The notes under the pieces are model-generated. The model saw only the letters and a program-made list of their open reading frames with translations. It was not told the origin of the DNA and did not search any database. A DNA stretch of 26,789 bases, taken from IMG/VR virus record IMGVR_UViG_2568526722_000004, positions 1 through 26,789 of that record. The stretch is one strand, 5' to 3'. The first letter of the stretch is position 1. Each line of letters opens with the position of its first letter. The translations under genes and the position numbers were made by a program. Shown one piece after another: positions 25,536 to 26,789 of the stretch. The DNA comes from a virus (taxonomy: Duplodnaviria; Heunggongvirae; Uroviricota; Caudoviricetes).

Positions 25536-26789
25536 TTACGCACGAATGGTGTAATCACCAATGCCGATCCACTTGTAAGTGGTCAGTGCTTCCAGCCCCA
25601 TTGGGCCACGCGCGTGGAGTTTTTGTGTGCTTACCGCCACTTCCGCACCCAGACCAAACTGGCCGCCGTCGGTAAAACGCGTAGAGGCGTTAACGTAAAC
25701 AGCGGACGAATCCACTTCGTTAACAAAACGCTGGGCGTTGCGCATATCGCGGGTCAGGATCGCATCGGAGTGTTGTGTGCCGTGTTCACGAATATGGGCG
25801 ATGGCATCGTCAAGATCGCTGACGATTTTGACGTTCAAATCTAATGACAGAAACTCATCGTCATACTCTTCGGCTTTAACAGCAACCACCTTCGCAGGGC
25901 CTGCCTGCAACTGCGCCAGTGCAGCTGCATCTGCGTGTAATGTCACGCCGCTTTCCGCCATTTGTTTGCTTAATGCGGGCAGGAAGCTATCGGCGATGTT
26001 TTTATTCACCAGCAACGTTTCAACCGTATTACATGTGCTCGGACGCTGAGTTTTCGCGTTGACGATCACTTTTAATGCTTCAGCGATCTCTACACTTTCA
26101 TCAACGTAAATATGGCATACGCCTATACCACCTGTGATCACCGGGATTGTCGACTGTTCACGGCACAGTTTATGCAAACCAGCGCCACCACGCGGGATCA
26201 GCATGTCGATGTATTTATCCATACGCAGCATTTCACTGACCAGCGCACGGTCAGGATTATCAATCGCCTGCACGGCACCCGCCGGTAAGCCGCAGGATTT
26301 CAGGGCGTCCTGAATCACCGCCACCGTTGCAGCGTTAGTGCGACACGTTTCTTTGCCACCGCGCAGGATCACCGCATTACCGGTTTTCAGGCACAGCGAA
26401 GCGACATCAACCGTCACGTTCGGGCGCGCTTCATAAATCACGCCAATAACCCCCAGCGGTACGCGACGACGCTCAAGACGCAGGCCGCTGTCCAGTACGC
26501 CGCCATCGATTACCTGCCCCACCGGATCGGCGAGGTTGCACACCTGACGTACATCGTCGGCAATGCCTTTCAGCCGTGCGGGCGTCAGTGCCAGACGGTC
26601 AAGCATCGCTTCGCTAAGGCCATTGGCTCGCGCGTCAGCAACATCCTGGGCGTTAGCGTTGAGGATGATTTCGCTTTGTGCTTCCAGTTCATCGGCGATT
26701 TTTTCCAGCACGCGATTTTTTTCGCGGCTGGAGAGTTGCGCTAATTTATACGAGGCTTGCTTCGCGGCAATGCCCATTTGTTCCAGCAT
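25536..26789 (-). CDS. proA: Gamma-glutamyl phosphate reductase (glutamate-5-semialdehyde dehydrogenase)
   Basis: 417-aa ORF, full length; [38 protein letters not shown]... ...[15 protein letters not shown] matches E. coli ProA from memory; the start codon is the last three bases of the window. Confidence 0.95.

Noticed and set aside
25455-26049. + strand ORFs antisense to proA
   Set aside because: Inside a full-length, recognisable proA gene on the opposite strand.

Overview
This window reads as an E. coli-type chromosomal region at the proA-thrW junction, with the tRNA-Thr (thrW) site occupied by two mobile elements in tandem. All calls are from reading the sequence and ORF track by eye and from remembered family features; no database search was run. 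Element A (about 8991-25345, ~16.4 kb) is a phage-satellite/PICI-like island bounded by an 18/19-nt direct repeat of the tRNA 3' end. It carries a P4-type integrase next to thrW, an AlpA regulator, an antirepressor, a small ribbon-helix-helix candidate repressor with palindromic operators, a tightly coupled replication operon ending in a P4-alpha-like primase/helicase, an iteron-rich candidate origin, a ProQ/FinO-like gene split by an intact IS3, and a PerC-like regulator. Its AT-rich cargo arm holds a lipoprotein plus small membrane protein pair, a three-gene small operon beside a repeat array, and a PARIS-like AriA/AriB pair. The lipoprotein/membrane pair is the best candidate for an undescribed system. 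Element B (1-8990, continuing past the left edge) is a lambdoid cryptic-prophage remnant resembling CPS-53/KplE1: a truncated J-like tail gene, KilA-N, a Cro/CII(YdaS/YdaT-like)/CI immunity region, a yfdPQRST-like block, excisionase and a lambda-type integrase abutting the shared att repeat. proA is complete at the right edge.
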